A stretch of 64,000 bases of DNA, from the NCBI GenBank assembly GCA_047495785.1, contig JBLDXI010000013.1:4402001-4466000 (forward strand), given 5' to 3'. A model generated the notes under the pieces. It was not told the DNA's origin. It saw nothing but the letters and a program-made list of their open reading frames with translations, and made no database searches. The DNA is from Lepidodermella squamata (Eukaryota > Animalia > Gastrotricha). A program made the translations under genes and the position numbers. Each line of letters starts with the position of its first letter. Position 1 is the stretch's first letter. Shown here in pieces: positions 24,560 to 37,900 of this stretch.

Positions 24560-25969
24560 CTGCAGTCTAAGAAACAAGTGGATAATAAAATATAAGCAAT
24601 AACCAGGTAACAAGACAAAATGTATGACGATTAAGATCGGGAATTAGATCTAGCTGACACATAGTTTCCAGGAGCATTGAGGGATGGGGACAAAGACAGA
24701 GAAAATGACTCATCAATGGCCTCATGGGACATAGGTCGAGATTCCGTTAACGAGAGGGACAAGGGGCTCCTTTACTTTTGGGTAGGGATTGATAAAATCA
24801 CTATTATCACTAATATATTAGTGAACTGTTGAGGGCGGAAGTCGGAAACGTGCCCGGCATATCCGAGCCCGAAGAGCAATGACCACAGGCGCAGTTATCG
24901 AGGTCCACACTATGGCCAGATTTGGAGGTCCACTCTAGGACAGCCCAAGTCCGGCTGCCCGGGTGCCGAGTGCTGTGCGCCCAAGTTCTCAACAATAGCA
25001 CTGGTTCCATTGTTCACCGCCGTGCTCAGGCCAACACTTCGGATGGTGTGCAGTGAAGCGATATTTTCGAATTCGTCCAATTTGCAGTGAACGTCGCTTA
25101 CAGGCTTGTGTTAGAAAATGGTAGACGGGCCGGCCCGAACGCGCAAGACGCACGGACCGAAATCGGGGTTGGATCCCAACAGATCGCTAATGTAATAGTG
25201 AAAATAGTGATTTATCAACCCCCACCAAAAGTAAATGAGTGCCACAAGGGGTATGTTCCAGGCTCTTTTTTCACAAGGGCATAGGAAATTGAGTGGGAAA
25301 GATGAATGATTGCCTGATTCGTGATTCTCAAGAGGAATAGTCCAGAAGAAATGTTCACACTTCGCGAGATTCGCTCCAAAAGGTTTCACGGTGGACTACA
25401 AAGCGGGGCTGCAGATATAGACAAGAAAAATAATCCCGCGCAAATCGAGCCATTTATAATTGAAGGTAAAAATTGATGTTTTTAAAATAATATTTAATAT
25501 AAATATTTAATATTTTTTACAAAAACTACATTTGTCCTAGATACGAAACTCATTTACTTGGCAACAGCCAGACAGCATTAAGTAATGCTGAAAGCAGAAT
25601 ACGTGGACGATTTCGTCTACACGTAGAAGATGTAACTCGCCACCTTACCTCGGCGCGCCCATCTGCGTCTGTTGGATGGAAGACCGCCTTAGTGCGAATC
25701 CAAAGCAAATATACATTGATACATATCATTCTAAAAGCTCTCGACAAACGGACTGATCTTATGTTCACGTAGTTAAGTAGTTTGCATGTTGCGTTTATTA
25801 GGCAAATTGCCTTCTCCTTACACGAAATACGAAATACGAGTATTCTAGTTGTCTAAACGTTTGTTTATCTGCTGTGAATTCAGCGTTTTAAACGGCGTTG
25901 ACCTGATCCAATTTATTCTGCCCTAATCCAATGGCCGATTATTTTTTTGTTTAGGTTGATTAACCGAAA

Positions 25970-28900
25970 ATGTCGATTGCTGTGGCTCAGCCTAAGCACA
26001 TTTTCGGTCTTAAAGTTGACGTCAGCAGCAATGTTCATTATCAAGATGAGCACACCGTCGTTTACCCAGCTGGCGCTTATTGTGTCATTTACAATCTCGA
26101 CACAAAGCAGCAGAAGTTTATCGCTGGATCAGAGAAGTGCCAAGGCTTTACTGCAATGGCTGTCGCGCCGAATAGGCGATATGTAGCTCTTGCTGAGCGA
26201 ACCTCAGAGCGACCTTGCGTTGTCATTTATGACTTGACTACTCTGAAGAAGAAGAAAATGCTGTCCTGCGCTGACATAATGGCTCAAGAATTCGTCAGCA
26301 TCACATTCTCACCGGATTCAAAATACTTACTGGCCCAGAGTGGCTCTCCGGATTGGGTTTTAGTGTTCTGGACCTGGGAAAAAGCTAGGCTGATGGCTCA
26401 GACGAAAACAGCCTTGCAACAAGTTGCCACAATGATTGGCCAGGTAAGGATACAAATATAGGCATAACTTTTTATTCTGTTGTAAACGCGTTGTTTCTCA
26501 TCATGAAAATTGCGCAATTGCTAACGCTATTAATCAAATATATAGCAACAGCAGCATCCTACATTCACACAGTTTCCTAAAGAGGTTTGTGGGTAGCGGT
26601 TTTCAGTTTCTTCTCTATTTACCCGCATTGAACTTTATACCAATTAACTTGCGAGCCATATTCCTTATTTTCAATCCCGAAATTTCATTTGCCATGGAAC
26701 TATGGCGATATTTCTAGCTTGAATTGTAGATCATTTGGTTGCTATATATCTTCTCTGATTATAGTGCGCCTTCAATCCTCATGACAATACTCAAGTATCT
26801 ATTGCTGGTGAAGCTGTATTCCGGATTTACCGCTACACTGAAGGCCAGTTGAAGCCACATTACTCACAGCGTGCTGAAGGCCGCACCTACACAAGTCATT
26901 GCTGGCTCGGAAACGATCTGATTGTTTGCGGCACTGACAATGGCCGGCTTCACGTGTTCGAAGACGGCGAGCTGAAGACTGAAATCGAAGTTCTGGACCC
27001 ACAGCAGAAAGAAAAACTTCTAGCTGATAAGTAAGTTTAGCAAGCGTTAGATTGCTTTCCCACACAATCCCCATTTGCATGCCTTAACGCACTTCCTCGG
27101 GTCAAAAAAAATAGGCGAATTTTTACAACACCGGGTCAAAGTGCCATGGATACATACTCGGTCGTGAGCTCGGCCGTACCACAGTACAGAACTACGTATG
27201 ATACTAACCGTGTTGATTGTTTTTCAACCCGATTCGCCGTCAGAAGAAAATTATATAGCCGCGGAATGTGTGATTAACCTAACGATGACGTGAACGTTTT
27301 TTAACCCCATTTAGCTAGCTGGAAAATTGTAACTCGATTTAAATTGTTGTTTTTCTTTCTCTAGGCAATTGGAAACTCCCGGAGCTAGTGATATGTCAGC
27401 GACTGGGCAGAGATACAACTCGATTTCAGTCTACGCCCTCGTTCCAACATCAAAAGGCTTCATATGCGCATGTGGCGGAGCTCGAGCCCACGTTTTCGAC
27501 CGAGACGAGAAGTCGATGTTCAAAAAAGTGAAAGAATTCATCGTCCGCCCGCGCGATTCCGGCTCATCGGAAGTTGCTCGCATCGAAACTGAAATTCTCA
27601 TCTCACTATCAGTTAGCCCGTCTGAGGAGAACGTGATCGCGACCTCAAATCTCCATCAAATGTACATCGCCTCAATGTCATCGACTGATTGGAGTAAAGG
27701 CAGTGACATTGGCTATTTCGAGGTCTTGGGCCAGACCTTCCACAACAGACAAGTCACCGGGGTTGATGTCTGTATTCGCAAACCATTAGTCGCGACTTGC
27801 TCCACCGATCGAACTATCCGAGTCTGGAACTATGACACATGCAGCCTGGAAATTTACAAAGAGTTTGCCGAAGAGGCGTACTCAGTCGCGTTACATCCCA
27901 GCGGGTTGTACCTATTAGTCGGATTTTCGGATAAATTGAAACTCATGAACATTTTGATTGACGATATTCGAACGTTTAAAGAATTTCCGATTCGATCTTG
28001 CTCCGAGTGCCTGTTCAGCAATGGCGGTCACATGTTTGCCGTTGTTCAGAATAATTTGATCCAAATCTACTCGTCGATGACGTTTGAAGTTCTGAAAAAT
28101 CTCCAGGGCCATAACGGTAAGGTCAAGGCAGTTTCTTGGACATCAGACGATACCAGACTCATGTCCTGCGGGGCTGATGGGGCTGTTTACGAGTGGGACG
28201 TTGTCAATGGCAAGCGGGCTAATGAATGCATTTTGAGGACCTGCTCCTATGCCGGCGTTGCCGTTGCCCCGGATAACAAGACAACGTATGGCGTTGGTAC
28301 GGATCGTAAATTGAAGGAAATCGCCGATAGCCAGGTGTTGCGTGAGGTTGATTTGGGCGATATGATGCCGACACAAGTTGCCATGTCGCATTCTGGCAAA
28401 ATGTTGTTCACTTCGTCGATGAATGGCGCGCTGCGGTGTGTCAAATTTCCGCTGTCTATGGCTGGCGAGTGGCAGGATCACGTCGCTCATACTGCCCAGA
28501 TTTCAAAGGTAATTTCATTTACCTTCGTTACAGAAAATGGGGAAATATCATGAAAATTGCCCATAATTAGGCAGCATTTTCATTCCTAATTATCAGGACG
28601 TTCACTCAAAAGAAGAAAGAGAAAAACCTCGAGATTTCAATGAAAAATACTAACTCTTACCCGATTTGCATGAGAAATTGGTAGCCGATGAAAATCAACG
28701 AGTAAAGATAAATTTTCAAGTAAAACTTTTATTGCAAAAAATTCGAAAATTCGAATTGAATTTTTTTTCGAAACATGCCCAATTTGCCATAATTAACGTA
28801 GCTAGTAAAAGTTCCAGAAACTTGAAAATGCTCAAAATTAATAAAAATTTGTTTGAACAAGTATAAATGGTATTGAATGAAAATTGAAATATTGAAGCGA

Positions 28901-31900
28901 AATTGAATGATTTAGTTCGCAAATTCAATCGTTTCAAGAATGGCTGATTCTGGACCTTGAGATTTACGTCAATGCAGGATTTTGAAAATTAGATGAAGGC
29001 AAACATGTGAGAAAAAGAATACTGAAATTTCGATCCCTTCAATTGATTGCACATCCGGAAATTCGCTGCGTTTTCAAGTGGAAAAAATGTAAAATTCTCA
29101 ATAATATAGATCGAGTGAGGTAAAAACTGTCGCCCAAAATGATAAAAGTTCGCCCCAGTTGTGTCGCCCAAAAATAAAGTCGCCCTCATTGCATGATCGC
29201 CGCACTACTAATTATAGTATATTGCCTGCTTAGTAAGCCTTTTTTATTTCGTTGGCACGATTCGTGAAAATCGATAGAAATATTGATTTTTTGAAATTTT
29301 TCAAAATTTACTAAAATTCTCAATTTTATCTGTCAATTGGCGATTATTCCGGATCCAAAATTGTCAATCAATCCGTAGTTGAATACTTCTGAATTTAAAG
29401 TTTAACGATTGCTTTGAAAAGGGAAGTGCGTCATTTTCACCCAAGACACCTTGGCCTAACGTAACTTTTCGACCCAACGACATGTTGACCTACGACACGC
29501 TGTCCCAACCGTCATCTTGGCCCAACTATTCCCACAATAATTTATTTATTTGAAAAACAGATGGCGACATCTTGACCCAAGACATATCGACCCATATTAA
29601 GGTCGAAAAATACATTTTAATTTTAATGTTGATCATGCCACAGAGCAGTGTGCCACCAGTCCCATTAAACTGGTTTATACTCCCATAAAAATTTAAGTGG
29701 GAAGTTATAGGACGGTGAAACCTCTTTCAGTGGGAACGACCCAGGTCGCGGGCCCTTTTTTCGTAGGTCGCCTGATGATTCTTAAGCTTCAAAATAATAA
29801 AGACTTGATACTGATGAAATCGGTAGGGGTCGTAGCCTGGTAAGAATGTTATTTTGAGGTAGCCATAGTTCATTTGTCGAGAGCCCTGCAATAAACCTTG
29901 AACCGCGCGAGCTTAATCTCCTTTATGTTACTCACAATTGATACCCACCGCTGCTCAACGAGCTACTCAGCTAGGTGTTCAGCGCGTGCAGCGGAAAGTT
30001 ACTCCGACACCAGAAGCGCCTGACTCTCGCGATATGAACGAGTTGCGCGCCGCAACCAGCGGCGAAAGTAAAGAATTTTGGGTCGAAATGTCGATTTAAT
30101 CTCCATTTTACGTAGGGTGGCGCTGTGTATAGTGTCACTTCAAGAGTATAAAATCGTCATCGCGAAAGTGGAAGAGCGCACACAAAAAGCAGTTATCCAT
30201 CCTTGGGGCAATACTAATCTTCCACTTCCTCCCAGAATCCAGAACCCCTTCTCCCGCTTCAACGGTAACCGTATAGCATGCGGAATACCCGCAGTCAAAA
30301 ACCAGCGGCGAGTCATAGGGGAGTCAGCTGGCAACTGTCTAGGACGAAATGCCCCATCATCAGAAGCGATTTGAAAATCCGCGGCTACGACCCCGCCGTA
30401 AATAAAAGGAACGCAACACATTTGTTGCGCCGATTTTCATTATTTCTGTTGCTATCCAATCGAATGCTAGTGTAAAAGCGACTTCTTGGCACTTTCGAAT
30501 GGTATAAAATTCATAGAAATCGGCGATAGAATGGCGAGGGAATGGAGATAACGGCATAGAAACCGACGGTAAATTAGTTCAGTTAGTTTTTTCTCTGATT
30601 TTGAATTTTTTTCTCATAAAATTCTATGCACGATATTTCAGCTATTCTGATACATTTGAATGAATATTGAAATTTTGAATAAACTTAGGTTCCAAATGTC
30701 GTTTGGGCCAAGGTGTCGCGGATTTTAAATAAAACGTATAAAAATACAGTTATTTTGGGGCGAAATGTCGATTAGTACAAAATGTCTTGGGTCAAATTGT
30801 CGCGATCTCGATTTTTGCCAAGATGTTACGTTGAGCCAAGGTATCGTGGGTCAAGATTTCGTACACCCTTGAAAAGCATAAGCTAAGCTGTAGAAGCTGT
30901 AGATGCTTTTGCACTACAAATATATTTCTATTTCTGATTGTTCATAGTAATTAAGTCTTCTCAGTACTATTAGATATTGCGCAATCGCCGCTAGCAATCA
31001 AAATGCCAAATGACATTTAATTTTTTTGGGAAACTCGAGTTCCAATTTGAAGGCCATTGTAGGTTTGAAGGTAGTTATTGATGGCATTGAAGGTAATAAA
31101 TATTAAAGTATCGGCTTAACATTTACAAAAAAATTCGATAATTTATTGACAATCATGCCAAACAAAAAGATCCCTTTCCTGTTCGAGAAGAAAACATTGA
31201 AAAATACTTTCCAAACTCGATTACGTCGCCCGCTTGATCTTGATGTGGCTTTCACTTTGTTGATGAGAATGCTCAGTTGAATTCATGATTTTTCGGTCTC
31301 AGGTTTTAAGCTGAAGAGATCAAGGTGGAAAATCCGCGGTGAAAATCGAAAAATTATGGCCGCCGAATTTCTTGATTAGGCTTCTAATTGTTGTCCGCGG
31401 ACCATTATTTGCATTATTTTTTCTGTGTTATTTACCGTATTTGCTCCTGTAGCAGCCCGGGCTACTAAAATATCGAAATTCGAAATTTTTCGGGCGACTA
31501 GCTCATTTTTCCAGCATTTTTCATGTCTTCGAACTGGCTTGACCTCTCATCCCTAGACTGCTATTAGGGATAGGCGATTATAAATTGGGCACTACTTATT
31601 GGAACAGACATGGTAATTTATTTTGATTACATTGCTCAAGCACAGTCAAGCTTTTTGTATCGACGGTTTTTCTGTTTTCCCAAAATCACTGCAATTAATG
31701 ACAATTGCAATTGAGGTTTCCCAGAAAGGTGAGTGACCAATTTTCCCGAATTTTTTTATCGCCCTAAATTATGTAAAAAATGTTTTGGTACCTTCAATAG
31801 GAAAACTTGCATGTATAGCTCGAAAACAGAAACTAACAGTCCACAGAAATTAATTTTTTGTATCAACGGTATTTTCACTGTTTTGTCCCCAAATACCTAG

Positions 31901-34900
31901 CTGCACTTATTTACTAGAGATTTGCCTGAGAGATGGAAAAGCCGTCAATCAAAGCACAGAGAATCCGACCGATTTTTTTCGAATTTTTCCATCGTTCTGA
32001 ATAATGCAAGAAAATACAGTGCAGAATCGTTATAAGGAACGGGGTGGTATATAACGAACTTTTTTGTAACGAACAAAAATTGCTGGCTCGTGCCGAACTA
32101 GGCTATTTTGCATGTGAAAAACATTTGTTGTAACGAACATTTTTTGATAACGAACTTTCTCTATAGCGAACGCCGCGAGGTGACCCGCTCGCGCGTCATC
32201 ATGGGCTTTTTACCATCGTTATTACCAACCTGAAAATGTTAGGAATATTTTTTGAATTTTTATCTGAAATTAGGGCCAAGAATGCCAAATCAGAAATTCC
32301 CGAGGGGGAAAATTCTTCATCCGATGAATCCTATCATGAATTTAATTCACAGCACACACGTAACCGCTTGTTCGCTCACGTTAATTGTTTGAGTGACACG
32401 CGCGAGTCCACTTCCGCTCATTGCCGCCCCGCTTTTACCCCAGCGCCGCGTCGAGCGATTACCGCCCGGCTTTGTCCACCACACACAACGGCCGGCTGCA
32501 AACCACAAGCTTCTGTTAGAATATGCCCATACCTAGTTTTAACGCGCGATGAATAATAACGTCAAATGGGTGCGTTCTGTAAAAATAAGGCCTATGCCAT
32601 TCAAGAGAGCGCCTCGAGTTACCTTCTAAACATTATTATTTGCCAGCGCAGTCGCAGTTCCGGAATTAATCAATCATAATTGCAAAAATGAGTTGTTTTG
32701 TTTTTATCTCAGTTTTTCCCGCGCGGCTTATTGACAAAAAACGGTGAGTCGTACCGAAAAGTGAATTCGATCGCTAGATAGCCCGTGAAATTTAGCACTA
32801 GGAACGGCGAGTTAATTTTGCCAGGATGCTTCCCCATTGTCGCTAAAAAATTGAGGAATACTGCAAAATTGAAAATTTTCAAGTGTTAAGGTGGATCGAA
32901 ACAAGTTATACCGCGCCTATTATATCTAAAGAACTACGAGTGCTACGACAATGAGCTTACTCTCGTTCGATTCGTCTTGAAATTCTACGTCGGCCAGTGT
33001 GATTGTTTCGTGCACACAAAGCAGGGAAATGCGTTTTAAATTTGACAGAAACCGACTGAGAGTGAACGCGTGTGCGCCGCCGGCTCGCTAAAAATAGGCT
33101 GAAAACGTGATTTACCGCGCTTCTCATATTACAACAACCATGAGGGCTGCGATAACGGGCTTGGTCCCTAAATATTCAGCGGACAAATTGCTACATTATA
33201 CGTGTATTCACACAGGAGCGCTATCAGGGTAAAGTGTCCAAAAATGTGACGAAAGTCGGAAAAATCAAAATTTTTATTTTCACTAAAAATTGCTAAAATC
33301 AGAGAAAAATTTGCGAGTCTCGCGGCGGTTTTAGTACCATAAAATGAGTCATAAATAAAAATGCCAGGTCTATTACCAAATAATTTCCTAAGTTATAGCG
33401 CGCGCCTTTAATTCCGCTGTTATCGTATTTATAGGGAAATTCGTGAAAGAAAACAGGTGACAGGGCAACGGGGAGGACTGCTTATAAAAGTAGGCCAAAA
33501 ATTAGAATATTGGAACAAAATTTATATCGTTTTGTTGAGAAAATAGAGGCGCATTTAACGAAATTTTCATTCGAAAAAACGGAAAATTTTTAAATCGCCG
33601 AATTGTGTAGGAAAAAACAGCATGTTAATGCATGTCATATGACAATAGCCCGCTATTGTTTAATGTGCGCCATTGTTCTCAATACGACGCGGAAAACGTC
33701 GAAATCGACTTTTCGCCTGCCCGTGGTTATAGCTCACACAATTCCACGCACTCACTCGCACTTTCCACGGCTTTCGGTCGCGATTCGGTTGCGCAACCGC
33801 TCGCGCACGACTTTCCATTGAAACCGCGCGGTTTCTGTCGTTTTCCACGGCTTTCTACGACTATCCACAGTTATCCACGGCTTTTCATGAAATCCTTCCG
33901 CTTTCCAAAATGACGCTTAATTCGGCCTCATTCCTTATTGAATCATGAATATTTCATCCTGATCTGGGTCATCGGATCGGATCACAGTGCCGAAAATGAA
34001 GAAGAAATTCAAGAAATTCAAGAAAATTCCAAAGCCAACTAAAGCAACCTCGGTTGTAGTGAACCGTGTAGCGTCAATATCTTCCCGACGTTTTTTGAAA
34101 CCGGCTACTTTTGCGCATTCGATGTTTCCGCTCAGATATAAATTATAGAACATATATTTATCCTAATTATTCATTTGAAATTTGCACCCCGACTTTTGTT
34201 TAACGTCAATTTTCGTGATTTTATATTTTTTCAATACGGCATTTCCCTTCCGACAGTTGTTCATTAAAAATAATTATTAATTCGAAATGATTTTTCATAA
34301 TTTCCATGTCGCCAAACACTTGCGCACTTATTGCCGCGAGGTTATTGCAATCGAGTTGGAAGTTATTAGGTCTTGGGAACTAGCCCGACGAAATCGCGGG
34401 TGATTGCTCCACGTCCAAAGAAGTAGTTCAGCTCCCTTCGCAACGCGTTGTGGCTACATTCAGCCTACACCAGAAAAAAATCAACCTAATCGGCTTTTAG
34501 CTTGTGAATTCCCCTCAATTAGGGCCTTGGGAGTATCCTAATACACCGATTTTCAAAATGTATCTGAGTTCTTGCTCAAAAATGACCCCAATTCATCTAC
34601 CGAAAGCATGAAATCTGTGTTGGTATCTGAAATTATGCTTTCGGTAAATGAATTGGGGTGATTATTACTGGTATAAGGATGAGCGCTCTCGCAGAACTTC
34701 GACTCTCGGCCAATCGTCATCTGATGACCCATGACGAGATCCTTGATCCATTACTTGCTGCCAGTTACAGTCATGCAGGGAAGATAAGGTCGGTAGACCG
34801 TAGTGAACTATTGCTATAGCGAACGTTTTTTTCTTGCATTACTTATAAGAGTTCGTTATAACGATTCTGCACTGTAGTTGTTAGTTTCGAAGCCCGTAAA

Positions 34901-37900
34901 AATTTGAAAGTTAACATCTGAGAAAACACGAGTTTGAGTATTGCGCAATCAATTCTTTGTCTTAATTAATGACGCACATGGGTGTAAGACATCTTGACAT
35001 CTTGCGGTTAGAGTCCGTTAAAATGTAGAATATAGTCCTGAGTCTTGCCTTTCAAATGACACATGAAACATGAAAAACGGATAAGTATGCGAGGAATGGC
35101 CCAACTTCTTCGCAGGCATGTCCCGCGACCCAAAATAAAATGCTAACTTTTCACCAAGTAGGTATTTTTTGCTGAAAAGAAGCGGAAAAGATAGAGCGCC
35201 ATCGATTTAGTAATGCTGTTATGTTCAAACCGTTTTAAACGAAAATTTTGATCAGGAAATGCTTTAGAAAACCCATTTTGTCCCGGCTAATTTTGGACAG
35301 CTTCAAACTAGAAAGAATTTAAAAAGATGCCAATCGACCTTGACATTTTTTAAATTCCATATCTCAGTGAGAACAGCACCAGCTGCGTTGGGAGCACAAT
35401 TCACGATCGAGGGTTCGAATCCCTCTCTTGCATTTTTTTTAATATTTTATTTACTTTAAATCTGCTCTCAAATTTTATCTCGCTTTAATGTGAACTTTGG
35501 CCCCAATCTAAATATTCACACTGAGCTGTCCGAAACTCCAGTTGTAGTACGAAATTAGCCGGATCGTTTTCCTTCAATACCTGTAGAGGGAACATTATTT
35601 GTTTACCGGAGTTGATGCTAGACTATGCAGTTATTCAAGGCGCATCTTTTTACATAAGGCGCGTAAAAATTGTCCACCTCAAAGAATGAAGCCCGAAAAA
35701 CACTTTTTGTCCGAAATAAGACCAGCTTACGGTATATCGCACTTGAGCTCCATTTCATTAAACGAAAAGAGATAAATTGAGAAGAACGATACGATGACCA
35801 ACGGGTTAAGTTTGTCGCGTGCGGGAATAGCCGCTCCTATTATTTGTCGATTACGCAACGCCGAAGCCATTCGGAAATTTCCGCTATTTTTCTTGTCATG
35901 CGGAAAATTCCGCGATTTATCAAATCTGGACTCGTGCGCAAAATTCCCATCACTCATTATTCTGTGCGAAAATAATAGGTACGTGCGCAAAATTCCACTG
36001 AACGAATATACCGTGCAGATCTACCAGTTAACTAGTTTTTGATGTACAAAAATACCCGCAAATGCACTGGCCTCGCGTTTGGCGCGCCATTGCGTTTGCG
36101 GCTGAATTCTATCCCTGGTGTGAGAAGCGAGTCCGCCTCCCATCTCCCATCCTCGTCCTCTTACAGCCACATAAGCGAACGGTTGTGTCTCAATGGTGGC
36201 TCAAATGTTGTAGTCGCCTCCTCAGAAAGGCAGTCCAGGCTCCCCGGGTACGACGTACGACACTTTTAGAACCCTTGTTTTGCGCGTTACAGCTAGACTA
36301 AGATTAAATAGCCTAATTAAATGGACCAGATTTTAATTTATAGCTTATAGCGGTAACGTTTACACTAAAAATAACCGCTAGACTACCTTAGCTAGGTACT
36401 ATATACGGCTTTTTTGGTGCGACCCAATTGTTGCTATGGTTAAAATTTTCCGCGACCACAACGCGCACCATGCAGTTTTTGGAAATCACGAAAATAAATG
36501 TAGGCCCCAAAACGCCAAAAACGAAAATTAAGCCGTATACAGTATATGATATAGCATTTGATGTTAGCATTTTGGCCTTGAGACTTCAAATCAAATTATT
36601 TCAAGACCCATCGGGCTGCTACCCTCAAGGTCTTATTCGAACAGTTTATAGTTTATATGAAAAATGAGCTGAAAGCCGCCCAAGTTGAATAAATGATTCG
36701 GTGGTTTAACCAGTCAGGGCGACTTTGTTTATTAGAGGGCGCGCCTCTTCAAAACGAGGGCGCGCTATTATTAAATGAGGGCTGCGATGAAACGAGGGCG
36801 AACTTTTACCTTTTGGGGCGGCAGATTTTATTTTACCGATTTAAATCCAATTTTTTTATAATTTTTTTACGGAACACTTTAAAATTCCTGCTTCTAGAGA
36901 AATTGAATTGCCCGTTTGCTGATGAATATCAATGTTATCTGTTTTTCAGATGAAAATTACAACAGACGACCGTTGCTTGATAACCGTCTCGGAAGATTCG
37001 ACAGTGCTCATCTGGAAAGTTCAAGATCGCGAAGGCCGCGGTCGAGAGCGTGAAACCGCATGGGCCGAAGAAATTCTCGTCACGAAAGCCGATCTGGAGG
37101 AGAAAAACCAAACCATCCAAGAACTGCGACTTCGCGTGCACGAACTCGAGAAAGAGAACGAGTACCAACTGCGCCTCAAGGACATGAATTATAACGAGAA
37201 AATTAAGGAATTAACGGAGAAATTCATTCAAGAAATGGAGGCGTTAAAGACTAAGAACCAAGTGTTGAAAATCGACAAGGAGAAGGGCGATGCGAAGCAT
37301 GAGGAAGAACTGTCTGACGTAGTCGCGAAGCACGAGAAGGAGCTCCAAGACCTCGAGGCGGCGAATAACCAAAAGTTAACGCTAGAATACAGCCGTTATG
37401 AAGAACTTCAGAAGAAGACGCAGAAAATGCAGGAAGAAAATGAGCGTGAAAAAATGGAGTTGGAAGAGTCGAAGGAGAGCGCGTTGGAAGAGTTGACTGA
37501 GCAGTACGAGACTCGCCTCAAGAAAATGCAGCTTGAACTCGAGCAAGTTCGCGATGAGTTGCGGCAGCAGGGCAAAGAACACGAGGAGACAAAGGGGCAA
37601 ATCGAGGAGGATGCGGATCGTGAGATTTTGGACTTGAAAACGAAGTACGAGCGGCGTTTGAAGGAAGAACGCGAGCAGAATTCACGTCTCAAGGGCGAAA
37701 CTGGAATTATGCGGAAAAAGTTCCAGTCGCAGCAGAAAGATATCGATGATTTGAAGGAGGAGATCAATAAGTACAAGAACGAGGAGGCGAAATTGAATAA
37801 TATCATCAAAAGCCTCGAGAAGGACATTGCTGGTCTTAAAAAAGAGGTGCAAGAGCGAGATGAGACGATTCAAGATAAAGAGCGGCGAATTTATGATTTG

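Larger units (their letters stand above)
29110..36850. mobile_element. Possible old outer TIR element enclosing nested insertions in the 8.4-kb CFAP57 intron
   Basis: ~29115-29190 (aaaactgtcgcccaaaatgataaaagttcgccc...aaagtcgccct) is inverted-similar to ~36715-36840 (agggcgacttt...gggcgaacttttaccttttggggcggcagatttt). Confidence 0.45.

Noticed and set aside
24830-25410. RNase P/MRP-like words (ggaagtc, gcggggct)
   Set aside because: No complementary P4 pairing could be built by eye.
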